In this document: piece after piece, positions 1-11,400 of the stretch | How the letters are laid out: each line of letters opens with the position of its first letter | Numbering within the stretch: the first letter of the stretch is position 1 | NCBI GenBank assembly: GCA_028534125.1 | Contig: CM052824.1 | Coordinates: 60,016,001-60,080,000, forward strand | DNA length: 64,000 bases | DNA from: Lama glama | Lineage: Eukaryota | Direction of reading: 5' to 3' | Notes under the pieces: generated by a model | What the model was told of the DNA's origin: nothing | Database searches by the model: none | What the model saw: the letters and a program-made list of their open reading frames with translations, nothing else | Program-made: the position numbers and the translations under genes

Positions 1-3000
1 TTCTCAGGCAGGTGGAGCGGACTCGGCCTTCCCCGAGTCTCCGCCTGCCAGCCAGCCGGGCCTCGAGGGCAGCCCCCGCGGGGAGGATGCGGCCCTCCAA
101 GCTCCCGCACGGTCCTGGGCCAGGAGAAGCAATGGGAGGTTCTGCTCCCCACTCTCAGGACCGAGGGCCCACCCAGGGTCCTGCCTGGAAACTGCATGAC
201 TGCAGGCACACAGCCTGGCTCCCCAAGACCTTTATGGGGACACCAGCAGAGGCGTGAGGGGACCTCAGGAAGCCGGCCCTTCCTGGAGGCCTGGGCATTC
301 CACCGGCACCCCGAGAGAGAAGCGGGCACTGCTGGAGGTGACCGTGTGCGGGAGGGGCCCCAAGGGGCCACAGCACCCACGTGGGCGGCCTTTTCCCTGG
401 AGAGGGACGGGCCAGCTTGATGCCATGTGTGTAAAACCAGAAGCTGGCCTTACGCTCAGAGCGAAGATAAGCGCCCAGATGGCCCGATGGCAGGGCCTGC
501 AGAGCAGGGGGCCCTGTGGCTGTCCCTGCGCGCGGGAGGGGAGAGGCCGCGCCCCCACGCCAGTGACACCGGCTGCTGCCTGCCAAGCAGGGACGCGAAG
601 GAGGCCTCGAGCTGATATATTTTTCTCCTCTAATAGTGCGGCGCAATTTAATTAACTCTCCATCGCACCCACCTGAAGATGACGGGGTTTATGGACACCA
701 CCATCTGGCCCTTACAAAGCTGCTAATGTAGACAGTAAATCCTCGCCATTACTCGGTGGCTGCAGAGGCGAGCTCTCCCGGCCACCTTCCTGAGCACCGT
801 CCGCGTGGGCCGCCAGGACACCCCGAGGTGCTGGGCGGCCACCACGCTTGTGACCTCCGGCCTGCTGCAGGTGGCGATGTTGCCACCTCGGAGTCAGGTG
901 TCTGCCGCGGGGCCTGGCTCCCTTTCCCACGGCCGGGCCCCCAGCGCAACATTGGCCCGCGTCCCATGCCAGCAACAGCGGCCACAGTGCCCGGGCCCAC
1001 TCAGCAGCCTGGTGCCCGGCGCTGCGCCCAGCCTCCACCCGTTCGGTGCCCGGGGCCTTCAGGCGCTGGGGGCCCTGATTACCTCCCTGTTTGCAGGGGA
1101 GGAAACAGGAACGCCGAAGTTCAAGTTCAAGGCCTAGGGCCTCACCAGCCAGGGCAGAGCCTGGTTCAGAGGGCGGGGGTTGGGCTGGGCAGGGCCGGTG
1201 GACCCAGCCCGGCCTCCCTGGGTCTCTGGTGAGGACAAAGCTTACTTTCCGGGTGATGCACGTTCTCAAGTTCTGAATCCGTTCTTTGAAATGGTGACGT
1301 TTGTCTGCCCTGGCTTAAGGGTGAAGTTTGGGCAAAAGGGTCAACAGGGCGGGGGAGGGCCTGACCACAGAGGGGAGTCCCCGTGTCGCCTGCTCCCACG
1401 CGCCCACAGGAACTGCTGCTAGACCCCGAGGAGGGGGCCCTGCCTGCCGGGTGGGCTCTGGACCCCGCGCCCCCCCAGGACCTCCACCCCAGACTGCAGC
1501 CCGGCGGCCTTTCAGGCGTTTCCACGAGGGACGCTTCCGTGTGTGAAAGGAAACCTCATTTGTCGCTTTCTCACCAGCAAAACAGAGGAAAGCCCCACCT
1601 CTTTCCTCCCACCCGCCCAGGGAGGGTCTCAGGCTCAGGTGGGCCCACTAGGGCCGGCGCGGCCAAGACGAGGCCCTCCGCAGACACGCAGGTCTGCAGG
1701 AGGCACTTCCTCACTGCGCAGGAGCCAGTCACCTGCCGTCTGCCAGCTTGATCTGATGGTTTACGCTGATCTCAGAGGTCCTCGGGGGCGGGTGGGGGGA
1801 GTCAAGTCAGCTCCGTTGGCAGGGGCAAAATGCAAAAGGGTTGCGTTTATAACACTGTCACCCCGCCAGGCGCTGCCCATACTCACCCCTCGTCACAGGA
1901 CGGCTGTTGGCCCATTAATCACCCTTATCTGCTTGGGAAGGGGCCGCAGCGCCACCCGCCCTCCCGCCCCCGGGCAAGTTCAGGCCCTGCGAGGTGGCCG
2001 GAGGGCAGAGTCCACCCGGGGCGCTGAGGTGGAGGGAACCTGAACTTCCAGGCTGCGGCTCCTCCCTCAGGCCTGATTTTCTGCCCTCGGCATCTGAGCC
2101 ACCAGAGTCGGGCCTAAGGGCCTCTTCAGATGAGCAGCTGCAGTTGTGGAAAGGAGGCCTGAGGGAGGGGCAAGAGCCAGGCTCGAGGCTGGTCCCCAGG
2201 CGGCCGCCGAGGGTCCCCAGGGCCACCGGCCCGGAGCTGTCGCGGGAAGGGGACCGGCAGGGGCGGTGCTCTCCGACTTTCCGCGTCTTGGCCCCGTTAC
2301 ACCTCTCCACTCTGCAGCCTTTGATTCAGCAAAATCAAGGATGCAAACTTCTTAGGAGCACTTAGTTTCCATGGCAGCCGAGGCTGACCCCAACATCACT
2401 GTTCTCAGGAGGGGACTGACTTTGCTGTGTGTCCATTCACTGAATTAATGGACTCCCGGTTCTTTTATCAGCAGCCCCGGACAAAGGAAAGGGAGGCACG
2501 TCTCCGGAGGGCTTTCAGACACTGTCCAGCCTTTGTCCGGGGCTTTACTGGAACGAAGCGAGTCTATTCAGCCTGAGATTATCAAAATCAACTCAGCGCT
2601 GTCTCCGAGGCAGCTAAACACACTTTGATTTCATAAAGACATAACCGATCTCACATGCAAATTATTAATTGGGAGGGCCGGGCTCTTAGGGCGGGGGGCT
2701 CTGCTGTGACTTTCCCGGAGTAAAGCGCCTTGTAGGTACGCTGCAGCACCTTGGCGGCCCCTGAGTGTTGCTGGCGGGGAGGGAAAGAGGAAAAGCAAAG
2801 ATTTCCAACAACTAACCTCGCCGACACAAGCAAACCACGGCAGGGACAACCATGCTTGCTCTGGTCCCCGTGAGACCAGCTGGCCGCCACGCGCGCTCAC
2901 GGCTCCTTGTCCTCCAGGGGAAAAGTAATGCAAAGGAAATAAACCACAGAAGGCGACACCGATCACAGACGCCTGGGTCCGCGGTGTGTGCTGAGCTTAA

Positions 3001-3815
3001 CTGGCCCGTGAGGCCAGGACTCGGCCCCGAGCCTGCAAGGCACAGCTGGCTGCAGCCTCGCTTAGAGCTCGGGGAGCTGTGCAGGCTTCTCAAGTCGCTG
3101 CTGCACAAAAGACACGCGGCGGCTGCCTGTCCGAGTCCACTCCCACCCCCTGGCGCTCCCCCGGCTTCCCGGCTCATCCTTCAGCGGCCGCCCAGCCGCC
3201 CTGGGGGGCCCCAGGAGACGGGGGCGCCCGTTCCCAGAGGCATTTTGTCAGTGGGACAGGCTGTGGTCCTAACATCCAAATAATCATTTCACAAATTATC
3301 ATAATTATCAATCAATCACCCTGCTTGGACAACGCCAGGCGAAGCTATCAGATGACTTTCATGACCTGTAGCATTTTGTACGTAATAACAGGGAGAGATT
3401 TATGGAAACATCACGTTCCGTCCTCAGCACCAGGGCTTTGTGAACTCAATTTATTTCTGAGTCTCCTTCGAAGCCTCGGGCCTCCCCACCCCTGGCCTGC
3501 CGCGCGTGCTGGGCCGGCCACGGTCTGTGAAGCGTCTGAAGGGGCACCTTCCCGGGCTCCGATCCCAGCCCCACTGATGCGAGTTCCCTGATGGATTTAT
3601 GTGTTGGAGGCGCGGAGGCGGCGCGGGCAGAGAAAGAGGGAGACGAAAGAGAAATAAAAGAAGAAAGGTCACTTCCCTCCGCGTACTGTATTAACACGTC
3701 CTTCCTTTTCAAGACGGTCAAAGAAAACAAGATAAAGCAAGACAATGGGGCGGCCGCTGGGGGCCTGGGGCTTCCCCTTCCGTATCACCAAAGAGATTGA
3801 ATCAAAATTCTTTCA

Positions 3816-3947
3816 NNNNNNNNNNNNNNNNNNNNNNNNNNNNNNNNNNNNNNNNNNNNNNNNNNNNNNNNNNNNNNNNNNNNNNNNNNNNNNNNNNNNN
3901 NNNNNNNNNNNNNNNNNNNNNNNNNNNNNNNNNNNNNNNNNNNNNNN
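3816..3947. other. Assembly gap (132 N)
   Basis: Run of n characters. Confidence 1.
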
Positions 3948-4609
3948 GCCTTATAATGTCTTCCATCCATTTTCAGCAGGCCCTTAACACGGCTCTTTAT
4001 TTGTCCCCAAAGCCTCTTCGCCCGGCCTTTTTATTACAGGCTCCGGCGGGCTCTCCAGGGAGCCAGGCGACCCGAGTGATGGATGGACAACTCACTAGAT
4101 TATCTCCCACAGATGTTTGCTCTCCAGGAGCCCCGGGCTTCCCCTCTAAGTAAACAGAGACTAAATAGAGTCAGTCTGATGGGCGAGCAGTCCCAGGGGT
4201 CCCGGCATGGAGGGCGAGGCAGCGGACCTCAGACAAAGTGACTTTGGGGGACACGCAGGTGCAGCCGGGGCGCACACCTGGGCGAGCGGGCACAGTCTCA
4301 GTGCCACCAGAGCGCGGGGCAGCGCAGCGCACCTGCGGGGGAGCCGCGGGGACAGGGGCCGTGGCAGGCGCACAGGGAGGAGGAGGACACGGGAACACAG
4401 AGACTGGAGCGGGGTGGCGGCGGAGAGTGACGCGGGCTGTGTGGTTCAGCAGGGAACACAGGGGAGACCAGGACGGGAGGGATGGCGGGGTGCAGGGGGG
4501 CTGGGGGGTCTGGACGGTACTCAGGGGCAGGGCGCCCTTGTCTCAGCGTCTGCTCAGACAAAAGGGTCCCACCAGGGCCAGACGCAGATCACCGTTACGA
4601 AGACGAACG

Positions 4610-4666
4610 AGGTCAGAGGGTCACCCCTGCCAGAGGTCACCCTTTCAGGAGGTCACCACAGGGTCA
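4610..4666 (+). promoter_or_regulatory. Putative nuclear-receptor (RAR/RXR) response element cluster, DR2 + DR5
   Basis: AGGTCA-GA-GGGTCA (4610-4623), AGGTCA (4634-4639) and AGGTCA-CCACA-GGGTCA (4650-4666). Confidence 0.5.
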
Positions 4667-5177
4667 GACGACGTCCCCCATTGCACGGATTTCTCCAGAA
4701 TCTTGTCTCTGGGGTTGAACTTGGTGAGAAGGGCAGGCCCCCTTCCCTTACACACAGGTCCCCCCAGACGCAAGTTCCCCCAGACACCTAACCATCCAGC
4801 CAGGCGCAGGAGGGAGCTCACAAAGTCTGGCAGAACCAACAAATTGCTTCCTTTTCACTTCCAGGCCTAAAAAGGAACCTTCAGGGTGACAGGAAGGCAA
4901 ACTAATGGTGTCCCTGAGACCCCACCCCCAGGAGAGAGGGCAGCACCCCCATGAGCGCAGCTCCGGGCAGGCACTGACACCGAGGCGGCAGCACCTGCCA
5001 CGTGGGAGCGCGGGGCTGACCCGCGACCCTGCCGCCTGGCCGTGCTCCTGCCGCGGCCCGGCAGCGCGGGGGCTCTGGCTCGCTCCGCTTAGTCTGGGTG
5101 GCGCTTTGAAGCCTTGACGCCTGGAGAGAAAATGCTGTTCTAATTCTGCTGGAAGATCCAAAACCCCGCAGCAGCTA

Positions 5178-5258
5178 TGGTGTGTGTGTGTCTGTACGTG
5201 TCCGTGTGCACGTGTGTCTGGTGTGCACGTGCGTGTACGTGCACGTGCGTGTACGTGG
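5178..5258. repeat. Degenerate (TG)n/(GTAC/GCAC) simple repeat
   Basis: gtgtgtgtgtgtctgtacgtgtccgtgtgcacgtg... Confidence 0.85.
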
Positions 5259-5914
5259 ACGGCCCGAATTCTCTAGACGCCGAGCTCTGTCTGAGGAATG
5301 GCCTCTGGGTTTTGGAGCCGATTTCTGCGCCCGATCCCCCTGCTGGCCGAGGAGCCCGCAGTGTGCACGCACAGGAACGTGCCTGCCGTGAGTGTGTGCT
5401 CGCCTCTGCAGATGTGTGCATTTTTCTGGGTCTGGTTCACTCTCGGGACCTGTTAGAGCCAATGTTTGTCAACCCGCTCGCATCCATCACCAGGGGACGG
5501 CGCCCACGTCGACACTGCCTTTCACCTGGCGGTCTGCTCACTGAGCGCCACGCCTGAGCCCTGCGAGGAGGCTGAGACCAGCGAAAGGCTTTGCTGAGTC
5601 TGCCGCCCGTAGTGTCTTTTCCGCTCTACATTCTTTCCTGCGAGTACCCGGTGAAGACAGGCAAATAAACGCAACCTGTGCCTCTCCTTTCCACGCGTCT
5701 GCCTGGCCAGAAGCTCTCCCGCGGGTATGTGGCTCGCCTGGTCCCCCGAGCTCAGGTGGCTCCGAGACGGGAGCCCCCACCTGCCGCACCGTGAGAACAG
5801 CAGCCCCCGGCCGCTCGGGAAACGCCGCTCTGCGCGCGCTCGACCAGCCTCGGTCACGCCGCCCCAGGGGGCGCCCAGCGACGGAGGGGAGAAGGGTCAA
5901 GCCGGCTCTCCTAC

Positions 5915-5965
5915 CTTCTGGATGCAGCCCTCCTGCGACGACACCTCCCCGTCCGTCAGCATTTG
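5915..5965 (-). CDS. PRDM16: PRDM16 coding exon 3 (51 nt, QMLTDGEVSSQEGCIQK, phase 0-0)
   Basis: The reverse complement reads ttttgcAG|CAAATGCTGACGGACGGGGAGGTGTCGTCGCAGGAGGGCTGCATCCAGAAG|GTAGGA. It continues in frame after ...FGWE and matches recalled human QILTDVEVSPQEGCITK. Branch point CACTAAC lies at 5991-5997. Confidence 0.96.
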
Positions 5966-7786
5966 CTGCAAAACAATTTGGAAAGGGGTTGTTAGTGTCT
6001 GACAAAGTGCAGTTCTCAAGTCCTACGTCGTGGGGGTGGCAGACGTCCTCCGAGATGGTGAGGGTGGGGCTAGCGGCTTCTCCGCAGCGTGAACCAAAGC
6101 GCTCTTGAGAACAGGGGTCCTTGGCCTCCCCGTTTGCTGCACAGGGACGTTGTCCTCCGGGAAGGCAGCTGGGCCCTTGTAGGGACAGAGCCACCTCGTG
6201 TGGCTCAGCCTCGTCCCATAGTGACTGGGAACAGGCCCACTCGTAGGGGCCTGAGTGCCCACCCCACATATTGTTAGCAACGGTGCGATGGGGCCACGGA
6301 GACGCTGGACTCCTCTGACAGCCTCTGTTACTTCCGAGTTCTGCCGTGACCGAGTGGCCCGTATTTGGAGGTGACTGGGCGTGTGTGCTGTGCCGCCCGC
6401 AGGGGAGCAGGAAGACGCACCGCCCGGCCTGCGTGGGGCTCACAGCCCAGCGTGGGAGACAGAGCTCAGGGGAGCAAGCGGGCTCAGCCCGGGACTCGGC
6501 CACACCAGCCACAGGGAGAGACGTGGTGGAGGCCAGAGCAGAGGGCAGAGGTCAGCTGCATCCCTGCACTGCTGCCTGAGGCCAGGCCGTGGGTGGGGAA
6601 GGGGCAGGGGACAGGAGACGGACAGGCAGGGAGGGGAGCTGACACCATCTGTTGGGTTCTGCTGTTTTGGAAAATCAGAGGTGGCACCATTTCTAGCTTG
6701 TTCTTTACCCCTGATCCCTGGGAAAGGGACATTTCTCTGTGGGTTTTGGAGGAGGCTTCTCAAAGGAAATCAGGCCAAGGCAGAGAAGCAGTGGCTTCAG
6801 CGTCACGCATGTGCCAAGGGTATGCCCCTCCCCCAGCAGTGGGCAGTGGGCCGTGCAGGATGCCTGCTCTCCCCCTGCCCAGGTACACTGGCTTGGGACA
6901 GTGAGGAAAGAACGTGCCAGCCATCCTGGATCTTTCTTCCACCAGACTGTTTCAACTCAGAGCTTTCCTTGGCTCAGCTCTGGAGAGATGTAGCATTTTG
7001 CCTGGCTGGCGTCTCCTAAAAACCAGCAAGTTCCACTCCAGAGGGGTGGCACTTCAGCGACAGGTCCCAGAGCACTCTCTGAGCTAAGCAAGCCGACAAA
7101 TTAGCTGTGTAAAGGGGTTTTCCCTTCTGGATCACAAGTGCGGTGCACAGACATGGAGACACACGGCCGTGTCATTTCCATAGGAAGAGAAACCAAGGCG
7201 GAACCTAGTATTTGAAAAATGAAATGAGACGTGGAGTCAAATCCAGCGGCCTTGTTTCTCCTCCTCTTAAAATGACACGATTGTCTTTTCAAATGACAAG
7301 CGTGGAGGAGAGTGCCCGCCAGTGCCCACGCAGGCCGGGTCAGCGGGCCAGGATGCTGAGTTCCAAAACGCTGGCGGAGCTGCCCGGGCTCAGCTGTAAT
7401 AACAATAAGTCATATTTTTAAATGTTGAGAATTCTAACCAATTGGGGATTTTATGTTTCTTTTAATAGATTCTGAAATTGTGGTTTGGAATGCGACTAGC
7501 AGCAAAAACAGAGAATGAGGCAGGAGAGGGACCAACAGAGACACTAGGAAGGTCTCCCAGGGAGAGACCCGGTCTCCAGGTGCGCGGTCCCTGCCGGGCC
7601 TGGGCTGGACAGGCCGTGGGGGAGACGAGGTGCCCTCAGACGCTGGGGGCTGAGCTCTGCAGCAGACGGGCTGCCCCCTTGCCTGTCTGATTTTCACTCT
7701 CAAACCCAGAGCCAAGAGGGCTGGCCGGAGGCTCAGTCAGTGCCGGGACAGGAGGCGAGAGATCCCAGGAAAACCTGCAGTGCCCG

Positions 7787-7902
7787 GGAGGGGCCGTGCT
7801 CCCCAGGAGGGGAGGGGCTGGGCTGTGCTCCCCAGGAGGGGACCGTGCTCCCCAGGAGGGGAGGGGCTGCGCTCCCCAGGAGGGGCCGTGCTCCCCAGGA
7901 GG
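7787..7902. repeat. Imperfect minisatellite, 5 copies of a GCTCCCCAGGAGG core
   Basis: Repeated (g/c)tgctccccaggagggg with variable spacers. Confidence 0.9.
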
Positions 7903-8364
7903 CAGACAGGCCCCTCTCCCCGGACGCAGTCACTGTGGGCCCTGAGCTCTGTGGTTCACCAGCCTGTCCCTTAGGAGGGGAGCTTGAGCCAGAGGGATAA
8001 ATCTGTGCTTTGATTTTTCAAAGCAGCATAGCCCCAGGACACTGCGCAAAAGCACAGAAGGGGCGCACCCGCTGGAGCGGCCCCTCCCGGGTCCTGCCTC
8101 GCGAGACGGACAGAGGAGGCCCACCCAGCGCCTGCCATCTGAGGGCCGGGTCTCACGACCTGGGGGACGCCACGTCCAGCGACTCTGCTGCGGGGACGGC
8201 TCCAGGGAAGGGGCTCCAGGGACCCTCCGGCCCAGGTGCAGGGGCCACGAAGCCCTGGCGAGCACGCTGCGCACAGGCAACTGTCCTGAGGAAGGGGGCG
8301 AGCTGGCTTTCTCGGCCGGCCCGGCTGGTCACGTGCCCACGCCAGCTATGCCTCTGATCGCCAA

Positions 8365-8411
8365 CAGCGCCGGTCACCGATTTCAGCGCCGGTCACCAAT
8401 TTCGGCACCGG
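8365..8411. repeat. 19-bp tandem duplication
   Basis: cagcgccggtcacc(g/a)attt twice, plus a partial third copy. Confidence 0.85.
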
Positions 8412-9080
8412 GAGAAGCTGCCTCGGGGAGACAAGGGGGCTCCGGGCTGCGCTGGCAGCAAGCTCTGGGCTCATCCTTGGGCACAATCTGCCTGCTTCAG
8501 CTCCAGCACCCCGGGCCCCCAGACACCCTGACCCCCAGACACCCTGACCCCGTACCGCTCCCGAGAGGCGGGGAGATGGGCTGGCGAGCCTCCACCAGCA
8601 TAAAAACCGCCGCGGACCTGATGTGAGTCAAAGGCTGAGCGGAAACCAGAGCTGGGCCTTCCCAGCTCTGCCTGTTGTGGGCAGCATCGTGGAGGAAGGT
8701 TCTCTCTTGTCTCCCTGGTGTCCCAAGAGAGGTGCACAGGGGCAGGACCTGGCCTCCTGGGCTCCACCCCTCCACCAATCCTGATTGGAAGGGACGGCCT
8801 CCTGTGTCCGTGGGGAGACAGGTTCCCGAGCCCAGCTCCCCTCACCTGAGGTGTGGGCCATCTCTGTGGGAGACCCAGCGGGAGGCCTCCGCCCCCAGCA
8901 CCCTCTGCCGGCCCCTGTGGGAGCCGCCCCCGCCCACAGCCCCTTCGTTGGAATTTGTGCCACGCAGGCCAGCTCCTGGCCAGTTCATCTTCACTGTGAC
9001 TTGGGGGGCCCTGGCCTCCCTTGTTCTCTGCTCCCCCTTCAGCCCCTCTCTCTGAAGACGAGCAGGCTGCGTCCCCGCAG

Positions 9081-9167
9081 CTCGAGGCCCTGCGTCCCCC
9101 CGGCTCCAGGCCCCATGTCCCCCTGGCTCCAGGCCCTGCATCCCCCCGGCTCCAGGCCCTGTGTCCG
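9081..9167. repeat. ~22-bp minisatellite, about 4 copies
   Basis: Repeated ctccaggccctgYRtccccccgg. Confidence 0.88.
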
Positions 9168-11294
9168 AGTCACCCACACAGACCACTCCCAATTTACCCA
9201 GATACCCGTGATCAAAAACCAGCAGGAGAAACTTTCCAGGCAGAGCCTGGCCAGCGGGCACATCACAAGCACCACACGGCCCTCCCCTCTGCTCTCCACT
9301 GTCCTTTAAGACAGCCGTCCACCCAGCCCCACTGTCCCAGAGGACGTGGGCTGAGGGTGCTCAGAGCCACTGTCCTCCGTCAGCTGCTATGAAGTGGCCA
9401 AATGGGACGGAGCAGCCCCGGAGGCCCACCGGCCACGCCGTGTCAAGGCCCTTCTTTCCCTCCGGGAAGAGTCTGGCGAGGTCTGTGCCCCAGGTTCAGT
9501 GACGGCCTCCGCCCACCCCACCCAGGAGCCTGTGGTCAGAGGAGCTGTGGACGTGGACATTCAAACCACGCTGCCCCTAACAGGTCGAGACGCCAGCGCA
9601 ACACACCAAGCAAGAGAGACCGCACAGAGCCATGGGCATCGGTCGGGCGGGGGTTGGGGGGAGCAGCGCGGCTGGCCTGAAGCACAGCCATAGGACCACG
9701 GCGAGCAGGACACAAGGTCTCCCAGTCACGGGATGCAGGGAGTGGTGGGGGCGTCAGCCCAGCGGGACGGACACCCCCGTCCAGCGGCAGCCTAGCCCTC
9801 CGCCAACGACTCTGAAGAAAGAAGCAACGTCCCGGGGGTGGGGCAGGGTCAGGCTCTGGGGCTGCCTGTTCCCGCAGCATCTCTACCTGCCCCGACGTAA
9901 TGGCACCGACACAACAGCCCGCTGACGCAGGTGTGCAGGGCGTTACCTCTGCTCTTCCCCACCGCTGACCTCGGGCAAACACCCGCCCCATGCGCCCCTT
10001 CTGGAGCCTCTTTCCTGGCCTTCCTCTTGCCAGAGCCACCGCTTTGCTGAAAAACCTCTTTAATTTGCTCGCTGAGCCCTCAGCACACGCGCCGCGGGCC
10101 GGCCGGCTGTTGGCAACGGCCGCCTCTGCGCTCAACCCCGTCTCCACACCAGCAGAAGTATTAGGTGTGTTTTGATTAAGCGGTTTAGCCAAAAAAGCGA
10201 GGTTTGACCTCCAGCATTTGCTTCTCTTGAGGGTCTCCATGCCAGGACTGAGCTAAGTGGGGTTGCTCAAAACATCTTTTTCGACTCTTAAAATAAATAC
10301 CCTCTGTTCTCCAAGAAGTCCGCCCAGAGGAGACACACACAGACGTCCATTCGCTCACAGCTCTGGAGCTCTGGCGTGTCCCCCGAGGGCACCAGACTTT
10401 CTGCTCGGTGTCACAGATGCGTCCCAGAAGGTTTCTCTCCCTTCCAAGTCGTCTGTTATTGAAACATCTGAAAACACACCTCCAGGAGGAAGCCCAGATG
10501 GGGCTTCCCCGCCACGCAGCTCCCAAAACCAGAGAGAAGCCTGGCCTGTGGTCCGAGAGGTCACCAAGCGCCCTCATTTGCTGACCTCTTACTCTGGGCC
10601 TTCAAGCCCGCACCTCTCTCTGACCCTCTCCCGTCCACCGCTGAAGCTGCCTTTTCCACCCAAAGCCCAGTGTCTGGGTCCAGAGGGGGCTGAAGGCTGG
10701 TTCCAAGGCCCCTCCCTTGAAGAGGCCCCCATGGGCAGCGCCAGGGCTGTCCGGGCCGGTCACGGCCCAGGGTTGTCCTAGGAGCGGGGCTGGGGCCCCA
10801 GGGCGTGGCGGAGGGCCGCCCCCATGCCAGCCCGGCTCTGAGCCGCACCCTCCTGACCTCTGGACACTGCGGGACGCAGTCTGAGCTGGCAGGTCAAGGC
10901 CGAGACGGTGACCCCTGGAGGTCAGCGGCTGCGGACCCCACACAGCCTGCCCCCTCAGGAAGGATCTACACCCAGCTGGGCTGTGTCCTCCCGCGGGCCC
11001 AGGGAGCTCCCACCACGGCTCCCAGGGCCGCGCCACGTCCAGCTCCTCAGCCCCTGCCCGCGGCCCCTCTGGGAGGACACACTTGTTAAAGAATGCTTCT
11101 CGGGCTGAGTCTCCGACCGGATGGGAGTCCTACCATGGCGGCCACTGTCCCTGGTGTAAATGTGGCAGTGACGTGGTGATGGCGCAGGACGATGGTGACG
11201 GGCAGTCCTTCTGGGGGGCACAGGGGGTGCGTCCAGGCCCCGCGAAGGCGTGTCCCCGCACTGTCCCACCACAGCCCTGTCCGGATGACTGCTG

Positions 11295-11400
11295 CCACCA
11301 GGCCGGCTTTACAGACGGGAAGCGGAGGCTCGGGAGTCGGAGGGACGGGGCGAAGGTCAAAGAGCTGCTGGGTGTCCCATGTCCCGGCCTCCTGACTCTG
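11295..11400 (-). mobile_element. MIR SINE remnant, GC-eroded
   Basis: tttacagacgggaagcggaggctcgggag...aaggtcaaagagctg. Confidence 0.55.

Larger units (their letters stand above)
1..5914 (-). other. PRDM16: PRDM16 intron 3, 5' portion
   Basis: Follows the exon 3 donor GTAGGA. Exon 4 sequence (ISEDLG...) was not found in the window. Confidence 0.88.

Noticed and set aside
3745-4153. ORFs spanning the N run
   Set aside because: Artefacts of the assembly gap.
7787-7902. CRISPR-like array or EBF site cluster
   Set aside because: Eukaryotic context with no unique spacers or cas genes. The core TCCCCAGGAG deviates from the EBF consensus TCCCNNGGGA, so it is an ordinary minisatellite.
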